Assembly: GCA_976226885.1 (NCBI GenBank)
Contig: OZ320323.1
Location: forward strand, 40,238,001-40,302,000
Direction: 5' to 3'
From: Iphione sp. A-MEVVRFRX5
Taxonomy: Eukaryota
DNA length: 64,000 nt
The position numbers were made by a program, and so were the translations under genes. Positions 59,329 through 64,000 of the stretch are shown in pieces. How positions within the stretch are numbered: position 1 is the stretch's first letter; every line of letters starts with the position of its first letter. Below the pieces are notes generated by a model. That model had not been told where the DNA came from and ran no database searches. It was given only the letters and a program-made list of their open reading frames with translations.

Positions 59329-62300
59329 TTTTCACTTTGTTTTTTCATGTCTTTCCATTCGTTATGTGCCCTACTTTTTGACCTCAATACTCTGTTACTA
59401 CTTATCGCGCTTTATCCATTTTCTATACTCTTTATTTTGTCTCTCCTTTGCCTTTCCATGTCGCCCTCACCCCTCTCGGACCACCTCTTTTTCTCCAGGT
59501 CTCCTTTATAATTGCGTCCTCTTCTCTGTCTGTCTGTCACTCTGTCTGATGATGTGTCACTCTGAGCTCTCTGCCTACCCCTCTGTCTTTCTCTGTCTGT
59601 CTACCCTTGATCCCCCCCGTTCTATTCTCTCTGCTACTATCCAGTCACATCCAAATATTAAACAATGTCTTCAGAACAATATTTCGACTAGTTTCTTTTT
59701 TGGATGGGGGCGGGCGGGGGGAATCTATGTGGCATCATCAGTCACCCCGAGCTCTCTCTCTCCTCCCTCCTCTTCTTCCCGTTACCCCCCTCGTCTTTCT
59801 GTCCGCTCTTGACCCAGTGTGGATGTATACTTCACAGATCGCCGACATGTCGGAGATCGAGCGCGACCAGCTGCTCTGCGTTTCCTACACCAAGAGTTTC
59901 CAGAGGCCCAAGGAGAGCCAGCAGGACGTGGAGGTGAAGGCCAACTGGAGCCGTGCTCGCCGCCAGTACGGCCCTGGCGCCACCGACATCACTGTCCAGG
60001 CGCAGAAGAACCCCGNNNNNNNNNNNNNNNNNNNNNNNNNNNNNNNNNNNNNNNNNNNNNNNNNNNNNNNNNNNNNNNNNNNNNNNNNNNNNNNNNNNNN
60101 NNNNNNNNNNNNNNNNNNNNNNNNNNNNNNNNNNNNNNNNNNNNNNNNNNNNNNNNNNNNNNNNNNNNNNNNNNNNNNNNNNNNNNNNNNNNNNNNNNGC
60201 TGCTAGCACACTTGTTTGCCGTAGGCTAAGGTGTGTCACTTTGGGGCGAGTTTCTGTAGGCCTCTGTGAACTGAACCCTGGGAAAAATGATTTCTGATGT
60301 AGTTTTGTTTTTTTCTAACCAGAATTGCTCTTTGGTCCCCCCACCCTCCACCCCCACCTTAACAGAAGTTGGGGGGGGGGACCTAGGAATACTGTGGTCC
60401 CACCGTCTGACCCTCATCATCATATTGTGGGTCCCTCTACCTCTGTTAGTCTACAATAAGGACACTCCACACTGGATGTACTCGCCTCATTTTTATAGCA
60501 AAAGTGGAAGCTAGTCATCATTATCATCAAGTCGAGTCATATCAGGTCGACTTCTCTTGAGAATTGGAAGCGAAAATTTATGAGATAAACATAAGCACAT
60601 TTTCACCCACGCTGCTTGGCAGTATCCTGTGGTCACCACGGGATATCTTTAAATGATATATTGGTAAATACGCTTTACTGCGATACAGAGTGGTAACTGC
60701 AATAAGTATTAAAGAAGCATTTATTACAACTTTGTTATTCACCAAAGTATTTTCAGTACACAGTAAAAAGCAAGCAATAGAAAATATAGGAGTTCTTTGT
60801 ATAATCGCGGATATTTTTCAATGTTTTGTCCTTGACCATTTTCCTTATAAATATGTCAGTTAAATTTTGAACGTTTTGTAGTTGTTAAAAATAACACCGA
60901 TACACACTTTTCATTATGAAGACTTTGGACTAGTGTAAGTACTTCTAGGCTCATGCAACCGATTTTTCTCAATGTTGATTTTTTTTGGACTTTATAAGAA
61001 TATATCCTTAACTTTTCCGGTGTAATTTTTTTTTCTATTCAGAATTTCATCACGCATGTTGCAGTCATTCCACGAATTTTATGTGTCACCTGCGAGAAGT
61101 GTTGTTAAGGTGTTATCCCGCTCCCATCATCAGAACATGTTTATATATTTGACTTTTTCTGCAATATTATTAAACTGACCAGTCTATGAAATGCTCGCCA
61201 GATATAACCTAAGGGTGCAGTGCACAGGTTCTTTGGGTGAACACGCCGCGTTGTGTCCAGATCATATCCTTATCAGTTCATACCTTTCAGTAATTTACAC
61301 CCTCCTATCGAAATCGTGTCGGAAAATGAATGAAATGTTCATTGTGTCTTTAACCCTGTATCATCTCAAGCCTTAACGCTACCCCCCTGCTGTTCCTAAC
61401 TCTTTTTTTCCAGGGTCTACATTCCCGACCCTATCTTCTGGAACCTTACCCGCCTCCCCCCTCTCCCACTTACCCTAATATTGTACCTAACTCCCTCCTC
61501 TCCGCAGTCCTTACCCTGTCTCAGAACGACTCGCAAATCTCAGTTAAAGTATCAAATAGTGATGGAAAACAGCAAGGCTATATACCCCTCTTCATACTCC
61601 TCAATGAATATTGGTTTCAACTATCATATAACCTTCAAATATGAAGTCATTTCGCTGCTAGTCCTTTTTTCCACAGCTACGAAAATCCTCTCAGTAATTC
61701 TCTTGTAAACTTTGGTTTGCTATAAGTTGACAAAATTTCACGTTTGAGGCCTATGTGTGTTTTTTTTTAAAGAAATACTTTATTTATGAGGCCTGAATGT
61801 GTCTTTTATTAAAAAAAAAAATTGGCACAGAGTAGCATATCGATGTAAATCTGGTATGTATATGTTAGGTGTCGCCTTTCCTTTGAGTTGAATTATACGT
61901 TGTGAAATCCAGCCAATGTTCTGTCATGTTATGAGTGATTGTAGTTGCGGTGTTATAGATAGTCATTGTCAAATGATGGCGAATACGAAATTGTCAGTCA
62001 CAGTCACTTCAGACATGTATTCCATGGATTCGGTCCTGTAGATGACCATATTGATTTCACTCCTAATTCTGTCACGTTATCTTGTAAGCCAAGGTTACGA
62101 AGAGAGAAATGTTCAAATGCCAATGTCGGTTGTACTTAAGAGTAGAGAATACTTCTTCATTTTAGTAAAGAGAATCTGAGTGAAGCTTGAGTTGTGAAGA
62201 ATCAAACCTTTCATTTTAGGTTGACCCATTCGGACCGTCAGCTCTGGTTGGGAAGAACAGCGCTCAAGCTCCAGCAGCAGCAAAGACGGATTCTGCCTAA
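15714..62300 (+). CDS. DCDC1: Doublecortin domain-containing protein 1 (DCDC1/DCDC5) orthologue, 47 coding exons, about 2,200 aa; six DCX-like domains, ricin-B-like QxW repeats, coiled coil, two inserted 165-aa modules
   Basis: All exons were traced manually with AG/GT boundaries. Cumulative length mod 3 matches the phase at all 45 junctions from exon 1 to exon 46. The DCX signature (KNG...L.xCT.RL.L..AARR.F/Y...VS.GE.F/W) recurs six times. Peptides QRWAIKQEK..GQWKH..V.NP.WNK, PIEVWVSGGEPF and VKANWSRARRQYGPGATDI match DCDC1 as I recall it (not searched). ATG 15714 directly follows an acceptor AG, implying an upstream non-coding exon. Confidence 0.9.
15845..16610. repeat. About 121-bp tandem repeat (about 5 copies) beginning in the 3' end of exon 1
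   Basis: agctt(g/t)tcttta recurs near 15899, 16019, 16119, 16240 and 16359; the last unit is split by a MITE. Confidence 0.9.
16372..16557. mobile_element. Tc1/mariner-type MITE
   Basis: TA|CAGTGGAATCCCTCT...AGAGGTTTCACTG|TA; internally similar to 21319-21498; sits inside the 121-bp satellite. Confidence 0.75.
17574..17804. other. Assembly gap (231 N)
   Basis: N run in intron 1. Confidence 1.
18293..18562 (+). CDS. DCDC1: DCDC1 exon 2
   Basis: cttccag|T..AG|gtgagc; AISQPSPYMQRLAHSHIV...RPQSA...RPVSAPAYR; phase 2-2. Confidence 0.85.
19321..19518. mobile_element. Degenerate TA-flanked MITE
   Basis: tacagtagaac...ctgta with internal ggacac/gtgtcc inverted motifs. Confidence 0.45.
20247..20558 (-). 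pseudogene. PHD-finger-like coding remnant antisense in intron 2
   Basis: CAVCGKGG..VTC...C SNSFHLK(R): first ligands of a C4HC3 motif, later Cys missing; neighbouring frames contain stops. Confidence 0.3.
21319..21498. mobile_element. Tc1/mariner-type MITE (same family as 16372)
   Basis: TA|CAGTGGTACCCCTCT...AGAGGTTCCACTG|TA. Confidence 0.75.
21589..21641 (+). CDS. DCDC1: DCDC1 exon 3
   Basis: tttgcag|A..G|gtaaat; RPLSATYGSSRPSSAKST; phase 2-1. Confidence 0.75.
21722..22010 (+). mobile_element. tRNA-derived SINE, 5'-truncated, with (AATGA)-like tail
   Basis: Degenerate B box GGGTTTGAACTC; body (gtattctggtc.ctcaatt..caata..atggt..tatgctacc..gaggatatg) shared with 22464-22630; tail shared with 26266-26318. 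Confidence 0.6.
22194..22241 (+). CDS. DCDC1: DCDC1 exon 4
   Basis: ttttgtag|CG..G|gtaagg; AFSIYSSGAPSTGSRS; phase 1-1 (skippable in frame). Confidence 0.6.
22330..23200. repeat. Polypurine block followed by polypyrimidine block (low complexity)
   Basis: GA-rich to about 23040, then CT-rich. Confidence 0.85.
22464..22630 (+). mobile_element. Internally deleted SINE copy
   Basis: Head agttacctcagctggtaagagtgctggcta resembles 12199-12228; body resembles 21880-21980. Confidence 0.55.
26266..26318 (+). mobile_element. SINE 3' tail fragment
   Basis: gataggtgaatatattcc.ggt.aaagataca.tgaaa matches 21955-22000. Confidence 0.5.
29987..30105 (+). CDS. DCDC1: DCDC1 exon 5 (start of DCX-1)
   Basis: ttttcaag|..ATG|gtaaga; FSRRVKPLYKKQTHTIVATAFKNGSRSVFTRVAAPSIKM; phase 1-0. 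Confidence 0.85.
30145..30330. repeat. (TG)n microsatellite cluster
   Basis: Pure run 30206-30250. Confidence 0.9.
31035..31197 (+). CDS. DCDC1: DCDC1 exon 6 (DCX-1)
   Basis: cgcag|..|gtgagt; LLEMCTDRLGLPHAARRVFLDDGTEVFHPAEIPRDSDIYISMGENYKNAFKGVK; phase 0-1. Confidence 0.9.
31683..31788 (+). CDS. DCDC1: DCDC1 exon 7
   Basis: caccag|..|gtgagt; QTQQQRTLAWTVNGLAWSAEAQRKPAKSYLSKRF; phase 1-2. Confidence 0.88.
32183..32730. repeat. Degenerate about 21-bp minisatellite (ccccagccaacttaaggttat) followed by a complementary-composition agttg-rich block
   Basis: Direct inspection. Confidence 0.55.
33172..33271 (+). CDS. DCDC1: DCDC1 exon 8 (DCX-2)
   Basis: atatag|..|gtaagt; QLLEPSKRRVLIFKNSQGTEGVEIVADPDRFED; phase 2-0. 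Confidence 0.88.
33547..33640 (+). CDS. DCDC1: DCDC1 exon 9 (DCX-2)
   Basis: tttcag|..|gtgaga; FLVACTQRLELRSYARVLYDWEGREINDLKT; phase 0-1. Confidence 0.88.
33898..34064 (+). CDS. DCDC1: DCDC1 exon 10 (end of DCX-2)
   Basis: tttatag|..|gtgagg; PVLDSCLQTWTTPVLGPLWVSTGEGFSPKG...HYESE; phase 1-0. Confidence 0.88.
34254..34349 (+). CDS. DCDC1: DCDC1 exon 11
   Basis: ttctccag|..ATA|gtaatt (weak donor); LRLAKAEHTREQVKIVAILSMSEGEIEETLKI; phase 0-0. Confidence 0.65.
34666..34755 (+). CDS. DCDC1: DCDC1 exon 12 (coiled coil)
   Basis: ttgtag|..|gtagga; VQKDIEDFNRALKRLKQQMNKLKEMVADEE; phase 0-0. Confidence 0.85.
34959..35045 (+). CDS. DCDC1: DCDC1 exon 13
   Basis: tcacag|..|gtcagt; ELGVGYKLQYMGEYDMDHRLVGAKGIRLK; phase 0-0. 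Confidence 0.85.
35260..35620. repeat. About 182-bp diverged tandem duplication
   Basis: tcattttagcca(a)acaggctctgttcc occurs twice, about 182 bp apart. Confidence 0.8.
35748..35849 (+). CDS. DCDC1: DCDC1 exon 14 (DCX-3)
   Basis: gtttag|..|gtaagt; VYENGSYEDETTLYFNLAQAAKGLGKDQSKLLAR; phase 0-0. Confidence 0.87.
36536..36713 (+). CDS. DCDC1: DCDC1 exon 15 (DCX-3)
   Basis: ccacag|..|gtacgt; LLDECSSHH...AQKIFDKLGNEITNVYDLEYDQEVWLSFGEPWKNPF; phase 0-1. Confidence 0.9.
37287..37398 (+). CDS. DCDC1: DCDC1 exon 16
   Basis: tttccag|..|gtaggt; FVLSAQFDKIRAIDIQGQKQATIREQLMSEDYDGNE; phase 1-2. Confidence 0.85.
37996..38146 (+). CDS. DCDC1: DCDC1 exon 17
   Basis: ctacag|..|gtagga; PNCWEAVHGVPEAYSWMTVG...VQSDFLRAK; phase 2-0. 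Confidence 0.85.
38607..38714 (+). CDS. DCDC1: DCDC1 exon 18 (ricin-B-like QQW)
   Basis: accaag|..|gtaagt; DNPDLLLYVEPTVSNKAKKGSKNLWPPDCQQWVIAR; phase 0-0. Confidence 0.85.
39590..39799 (+). CDS. DCDC1: DCDC1 exon 19 (ricin-B-like QMW)
   Basis: ttcaaag|..|gtacct; DNDHSMTIACKFHPWLVLGVS...DRSQMWRFTEDGTIRNE; phase 0-0. Confidence 0.88.
40437..40586. mobile_element. Degenerate MITE (right TIR intact)
   Basis: Internal aataagacc / ggtcttatt inverted motifs; ends gacactgta. Confidence 0.45.
40757..40908 (+). CDS. DCDC1: DCDC1 exon 20
   Basis: tcatag|..|gtgagt; MHQDLLLTYLGSRFGDED...EGKDAKTQ; phase 0-2. Confidence 0.87.
41288..41475. mobile_element. Degenerate TA-flanked MITE
   Basis: tacaatagactct...agagctttaactgta; resembles 57168-57346 (gtattaaggg, gtggtcgcatt.gag). 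Confidence 0.5.
41541..41664 (+). CDS. DCDC1: DCDC1 exon 21
   Basis: ccgcag|..|gtacgt; WAIKQEKMENLGQWKHTQVDNPEWNKRALSWPVNKEGNVNE; phase 2-0. Confidence 0.9.
42458..42625 (+). CDS. DCDC1: DCDC1 exon 22 (start of DCX-4)
   Basis: gtctag|..|gtacgt; NYDWPMEGFLMPYAP...LRLMVLKNGVRDVSKAIAVVGPDLGN; phase 0-0. Confidence 0.9.
43020..43148 (+). CDS. DCDC1: DCDC1 exon 23
   Basis: ttttag|..|gtacgt; MRKDVSSNKVDKKNKKNAEDTV...DELTVLKLEFIL; phase 0-0. Confidence 0.8.
43348..43591 (+). CDS. DCDC1: DCDC1 exon 24 (DCX-4)
   Basis: caacag|..|gtagga; FLERCTQLLSLPFAARRIFDETGKEH...VYVSCGEPWSDP...ALRDPK; phase 0-1. Confidence 0.92.
43740..43880. repeat. Compound (GA)n/(GACA)n microsatellite
   Basis: Direct inspection. 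Confidence 0.9.
43975..44131 (+). CDS. DCDC1: DCDC1 exon 25
   Basis: caccag|..|gtaagt; LVLEAESLNPGAKLIINH...LPDTLKK; phase 1-2. Confidence 0.85.
44493..44621 (+). CDS. DCDC1: DCDC1 exon 26
   Basis: ttttctgtcggcag|..|gtgggt; GQTHHEVSHQNAEERYNKRKYSWEREG...EATGK; phase 2-2. Confidence 0.78.
45137..45343 (+). CDS. DCDC1: DCDC1 exon 27 (ricin-B-like QRW)
   Basis: cgctag|cag (NAGNAG; alternative start 45140)..|gtaaat; ...EGYIASRADSSLVLGVEE...DDINQRWIIDK; phase 2-2. Confidence 0.87.
45568..45785 (+). CDS. DCDC1: DCDC1 exon 28 (ricin-B-like QRW)
   Basis: ctgccag|..|gtgcgt; LVVAKGNTTRVLSV...GRANQRWDFNAELGIIGAFHTNTFDK; phase 2-1. Confidence 0.88.
46181..46251 (+). CDS. DCDC1: DCDC1 exon 29
   Basis: attgtag|..|gtgagt; VTAANKANVCTYAVMHEEQLDQP; phase 1-0. 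Confidence 0.85.
46518..46656 (+). CDS. DCDC1: DCDC1 exon 30 (CxxC-containing)
   Basis: ctgtag|..|gtaagt; GYRVELPTKSGNKVFKVCSSCARAMRGRHKLERIAGNVDFACDMGQ; phase 0-1. Confidence 0.88.
47170..48052 (+). mobile_element. Non-autonomous, internally deleted DIRS1-like tyrosine-recombinase retrotransposon (883 bp) in intron 30
   Basis: Perfect 54-bp inverted repeat 47202-47255 / 47927-47980, extending imperfectly outward. Bipartite internal complementary region: 47719-47755 is the exact reverse complement of the 5' end 47170-47206; 47757-47831 is the reverse complement (73/75) of the 3' end 47978-48052. Starts with TTT. YR C-terminus lies between the repeats. Confidence 0.9.
47399..47680 (+). pseudogene. 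C-terminal fragment of a DIRS1-type tyrosine recombinase
   Basis: LFISF..KSVSTATLARW.K.VM..SGVDTQVFSAHSTRSAS...G..LSEI...GMWS..NTFKLFY carries H-x-x-R, W and the catalytic Y. In-frame TGA at 47387 upstream (VD*TDTLR). The N-terminal catalytic Arg, RT/RNaseH and gag are absent. Confidence 0.88.
48367..48626 (+). CDS. DCDC1: DCDC1 exon 31 (start of DCX-5)
   Basis: ctaaag|GTAAGA..|gtaagt; KSLGIKQVGSFQCLNGKVDL...IKVLAYKNGQGRIRPGELIIGSSVAG; phase 1-0. Confidence 0.88.
49092..49263 (+). CDS. DCDC1: DCDC1 exon 32 (DCX-5, N-terminal half)
   Basis: cacag|..|gtacgg; ILEQCTHRLSLNQAARRLYTADGFMVLDLEDLVRWA...NKPS; phase 0-1. Confidence 0.9.
49539..49696 (+). CDS. DCDC1: DCDC1 exon 33 (inserted module A, part 1)
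   Basis: tgacag|..|gtaagt; LTFGHDALTTRTQMSNLAGSLLVPNPTQQIESDGFIHMWNFYCAKPGKLYLL; phase 1-0. Confidence 0.85.
50198..50316 (+). CDS. DCDC1: DCDC1 exon 34 (module A, part 2)
   Basis: ctctag|..|gtaagg; ILTPDGRNKSAFHVEDQVDFDIQQAGEYSVDMTNVSDTP; phase 0-2. Confidence 0.87.
51123..51307. mobile_element. Degenerate TA-flanked MITE
   Basis: tacaggtaactctcac...taagagtggactgta; internal gagacc/ggtctc inverted motifs. Confidence 0.45.
51378..51595 (+). CDS. DCDC1: DCDC1 exon 35 (module A, part 3)
   Basis: gcacag|..|gtcaga; FGKGMAVKKGCVIGMYWPGESMIPYDVD...KFSLNAMIKTS; phase 2-1. Confidence 0.87.
52639..52653 (+). CDS. DCDC1: DCDC1 exon 36 (15-nt microexon)
   Basis: ctcttttttcccctttttcag|CCGCAGATGAACCTG|gtaagt; AADEP; phase 1-1; strong pyrimidine tract and consensus donor. 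Confidence 0.6.
53153..53275 (+). CDS. DCDC1: DCDC1 exon 37 (acidic linker)
   Basis: tttccag|..|gttggt; MNGNLMDKVDLEESDWEDEEDDNEEEQPPAAPNNDDVDDS; phase 1-1. Confidence 0.82.
53418..53478. repeat. (TG)n/(TGCG)n microsatellite
   Basis: Direct inspection. Confidence 0.9.
53737..53897 (+). CDS. DCDC1: DCDC1 exon 38 (module B, part 1)
   Basis: atacag|..|gtgagg; DFAIGYEVLPNRAKLGGVPACMLVPNPTEEVEQDGYVYMWNFYCTKPGKLFVQ; phase 1-0. Confidence 0.87.
54237..54355 (+). CDS. DCDC1: DCDC1 exon 39 (module B, part 2)
   Basis: tcatag|..|gtatga; ILRPDTKNLNAFHVEDQADFEIRQAGEYNVDMTNLANTP; phase 0-2; 119 nt like exon 34. Confidence 0.87.
55457..55671 (+). CDS. DCDC1: DCDC1 exon 40 (module B, part 3)
   Basis: ttccag|..|gtaagg; FGKGMRVKRGSVIGFYCSGESMIPFDLD...KYSLNAFIRP; phase 2-1. 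Confidence 0.87.
56100..56294 (+). CDS. DCDC1: DCDC1 exon 41 (basic tract, then C-terminal end of DCX-5)
   Basis: gtcgtag|..|gtaagt; NKVDVPSKK...KKNKKKKRLRG...LKYPIEVWVSGGEPFIKPE; phase 1-1. Confidence 0.88.
56714..56847. mobile_element. Small MITE-like element with CCCAGCAA / TTGCTGGG ends
   Basis: 8-bp terminal inverted repeat; internal aacatt/aatgtt/aacgtt subrepeats. Confidence 0.4.
56983..57084 (+). CDS. DCDC1: DCDC1 exon 42
   Basis: ttcacag|..|gtgaca; VERQLVHSMQQREQRAAVSYELEKEKHILRLMQ; phase 1-1. Confidence 0.87.
57168..57346. mobile_element. Degenerate TA-flanked MITE
   Basis: tacagtagtaac...gtttctgctgta; about 180 bp. Confidence 0.55.
57662..57675. promoter_or_regulatory. RFX X-box consensus match overlapping the exon 43 acceptor region
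   Basis: GTTTCCATGGCAAC fits GTTNCC-ATGG-YAAC. Function untested. Confidence 0.35.
57678..57814 (+). CDS. DCDC1: DCDC1 exon 43
   Basis: caacag|..|gtaaat; RRLDEMASGQYKATMNPTHPVLIEGHWQEPTADEQQKHDTVHQLQ; phase 1-0. Confidence 0.88.
57790..58075. repeat. 117-127-bp tandem repeat (about 2.5 copies) spanning the exon 43 donor
   Basis: catgacactgtccaccaact at 57791 and 57908; third degenerate copy near 58035. Confidence 0.88.
58530..58622 (+). CDS. DCDC1: DCDC1 exon 44
   Basis: ccatag|..|gtatgt; THLSDMRSSQKPKTKTCNVNTTSRLYTQPAM; phase 0-0. Confidence 0.87.
58771..58858. repeat. (TAT)n microsatellite
   Basis: Ends 9 nt before exon 45. Confidence 0.95.
58868..59017 (+). CDS. DCDC1: DCDC1 exon 45 (DCX-6)
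   Basis: ttacag|..|gtaagt; KRVLVFPNGESIARAVYIWGETVAQLLDNCTVRLNLRKAGRYLFNMAGNV; phase 0-0. Confidence 0.92.
59245..59326. repeat. (CT)n microsatellite
   Basis: Direct inspection. Confidence 0.95.
59838..60015 (+). CDS. DCDC1: DCDC1 exon 46 (end of DCX-6; runs into assembly gap)
   Basis: ttcacag|ATC; IADMSEIERDQLLCVSYTKSFQRPKESQQDVEVKANWSRARRQYGPGATDITVQAQKNP, then Ns; donor not visible. Confidence 0.88.
60016..60198. other. Assembly gap (183 N) truncating exon 46
   Basis: N run. Confidence 1.
62220..62300 (+). CDS. DCDC1: Probable DCDC1 terminal exon 47
   Basis: cctttcattttag|GTT; VDPFGPSALVGKNSAQAPAAAKTDSA*. Phase 0 is assumed because the upstream donor lies in the gap. Confidence 0.6.
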   Translation, partial: VDPFGPSALVGKNSAQAPAAAKTDSA

Positions 62301-62755
62301 ATCAGTCATCATATCCTCCTGGCTCTACTGAGGCTCCAGCGGATGAGAAGGATTCTACTTAGATTCAGTCATTATATCTTCCTGGCTCTATTCAGGCTCC
62401 AGCGGTGGAGAAGATGAATTCTGCAAAATTCACTCATCATGTCCTCTTGGCTGTATTCAGAGTCCAGTGGATGAGAAGGTGGATTCTACATCAATTCAGC
62501 CATCATGTCTTACCATGTACATTCAGGCTCCAGTGGATGTGAAGAGAGAATCAACGAAAGTTCAGTCATCATGTCCTCCTGGCTCTATTTAAGCCCAAGC
62601 AGTGGAGAAGACGGTTTTTATTTAAATTCAGTCATCATGTCTGGCTTCATTGGCTGAGTAGACAGATTCTGCCTAATACAGCCATCATGTCCTACCTTCT
62701 CCATTTAGGTTCCAGTAACTGAGAAGACGGTGTGTGTCTCATTCAGTCATAATGT
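62268..62755. repeat. 63-66-bp minisatellite (about 7.5 copies) spanning the stop codon into the 3' UTR
   Basis: Unit starts at 62268, 62333, 62396, 62461, 62527, 62593 and 62709. Confidence 0.85.
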
Positions 62756-64000
62756 TTAACTGTCTCTCGCTAGTCTTAATACTCTGCCCATCCAAAGTGC
62801 CTTTCACCTGAACTCAGTAGTCATCACTGTGTGATATTTGGTGCAGGGTCCGACCGGTGTGCATATCTGTACCTACTCGCTCCAAGAAACTCGCAGTTAT
62901 TCCGTCCGTCACTTGAACGCATATAATTGTCCGTAGAAACGAGGCAATAATCATAGGTTTATATACTTGGTGTATGCTTCAAGGCTCCATACTATGTCAA
63001 CGTCTCTTATTCATGTGATAGATGATGATGTACTGACTGGGGAGGGGGGTGGCGGGGTTCGTATGAAAAAAAGAAAATCATCGAATGTGTACATGTACAT
63101 ACACCTGTCGTTGTGTGTTCATGACACATGAATGTTCAAGTAACCATCGTTGGCTTTGTCCAGTTTTGTAATGTGAATTTGTACATAGTTTGAAAGCGAC
63201 ATTTTAAAGAGCTGCGATTTTAATGGGCTGATCAACTTATTAATCGTGAACCGGTCGAGATCGGTTGCTAAAATACTCCGATGAAAAGATTCTTCAAGTT
63301 ATGGTTATACTGTTCTCAGCCATTACTTTATAAAGTCTGAAGTTTTTTCTGATTAAATGTCAGCCGTTGCCTCACTGTTTAATGCATCTAGAACTTAACC
63401 GTGTGCCTAATTTATTAGAGGTATATCATCTGTAAAGTAGCTAATCTCTTGGTGGGAGGGGGATTGTATGTAAGATTTATCTGATGAGCATCAGTTATTC
63501 ATCGTTTGGGTTGAATCTCATGTATAGTGTCTACAGACTAAGAGGAGAGGGGGGGGGCACGTAAGAAAAGCTTAATATATCTAATCTTGAACAAGAGGAT
63601 GTTAATGGCTGGCTCGACAGTTAGCTAAGCTACATTCCTCGTATATCAGTTACCTTTCCCGCGATCGCGCAGTTATGTTTGTTATATGTTAGTATATTGG
63701 CAAGGTAGTGCATATGCTATGAATGTACATGTATATGCTATATAGATAATGTAACCTTTTTTTTTTTTTTTTTTTTTTGGGGGGGGGGGGTTTATTCAAC
63801 GTTGAAATATTAATCAGATCCAATATAAATCCCGTCCAAGCACTCTCAAGAACTTACGAAGGTCCTGGGCTGATGCTAAATTCCATGTCCAATATATCAT
63901 ATATATATGTATCTAACTAGTCTGATGCTGTCGACTAGCTCCTGTACATGTTAATGTATAATGGAAGCCTGTAAACCCTACTAGCATTTCCCTCACTGTA

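Noticed and set aside
61413-61708. Alternative terminal exon after ttttccag
   Set aside because: Two frames are open for about 75 codons, but codon usage is AT-rich unlike true exons and there is no DCDC1-like motif.

Overview
Eukaryotic genomic DNA from an invertebrate-like animal: AT-rich introns, GC3-rich exons, GT-AG splicing, abundant TACATGTA and microsatellites, and two N-gaps. The species cannot be determined. One long + strand gene dominates the window. I traced it by hand through 47 coding exons (15714..62300, about 2,200 aa), and splice phases are consistent at every junction except the one hidden by the 60016-60198 gap. It encodes six doublecortin (DCX)-like domains, ricin-B/QxW repeats and a C-terminus matching my recollection of DCDC1/DCDC5, so I call it a DCDC1 orthologue (recognition, no database search). 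Most notable: (1) the fifth DCX domain is split by a 376-aa, phase 1-1 exon cassette holding two copies of an unidentified 165-aa three-exon module; (2) intron 30 contains an 883-bp internally deleted DIRS1-type tyrosine-recombinase retroelement with near-intact ITR/ICR circularisation signals; (3) several tandem duplications start in an exon 3' end and copy the splice donor or stop codon. The rest is minisatellites, tRNA-derived SINEs, TA-flanked MITEs, a candidate promoter near 12.6 kb and decayed minus-strand coding remnants.
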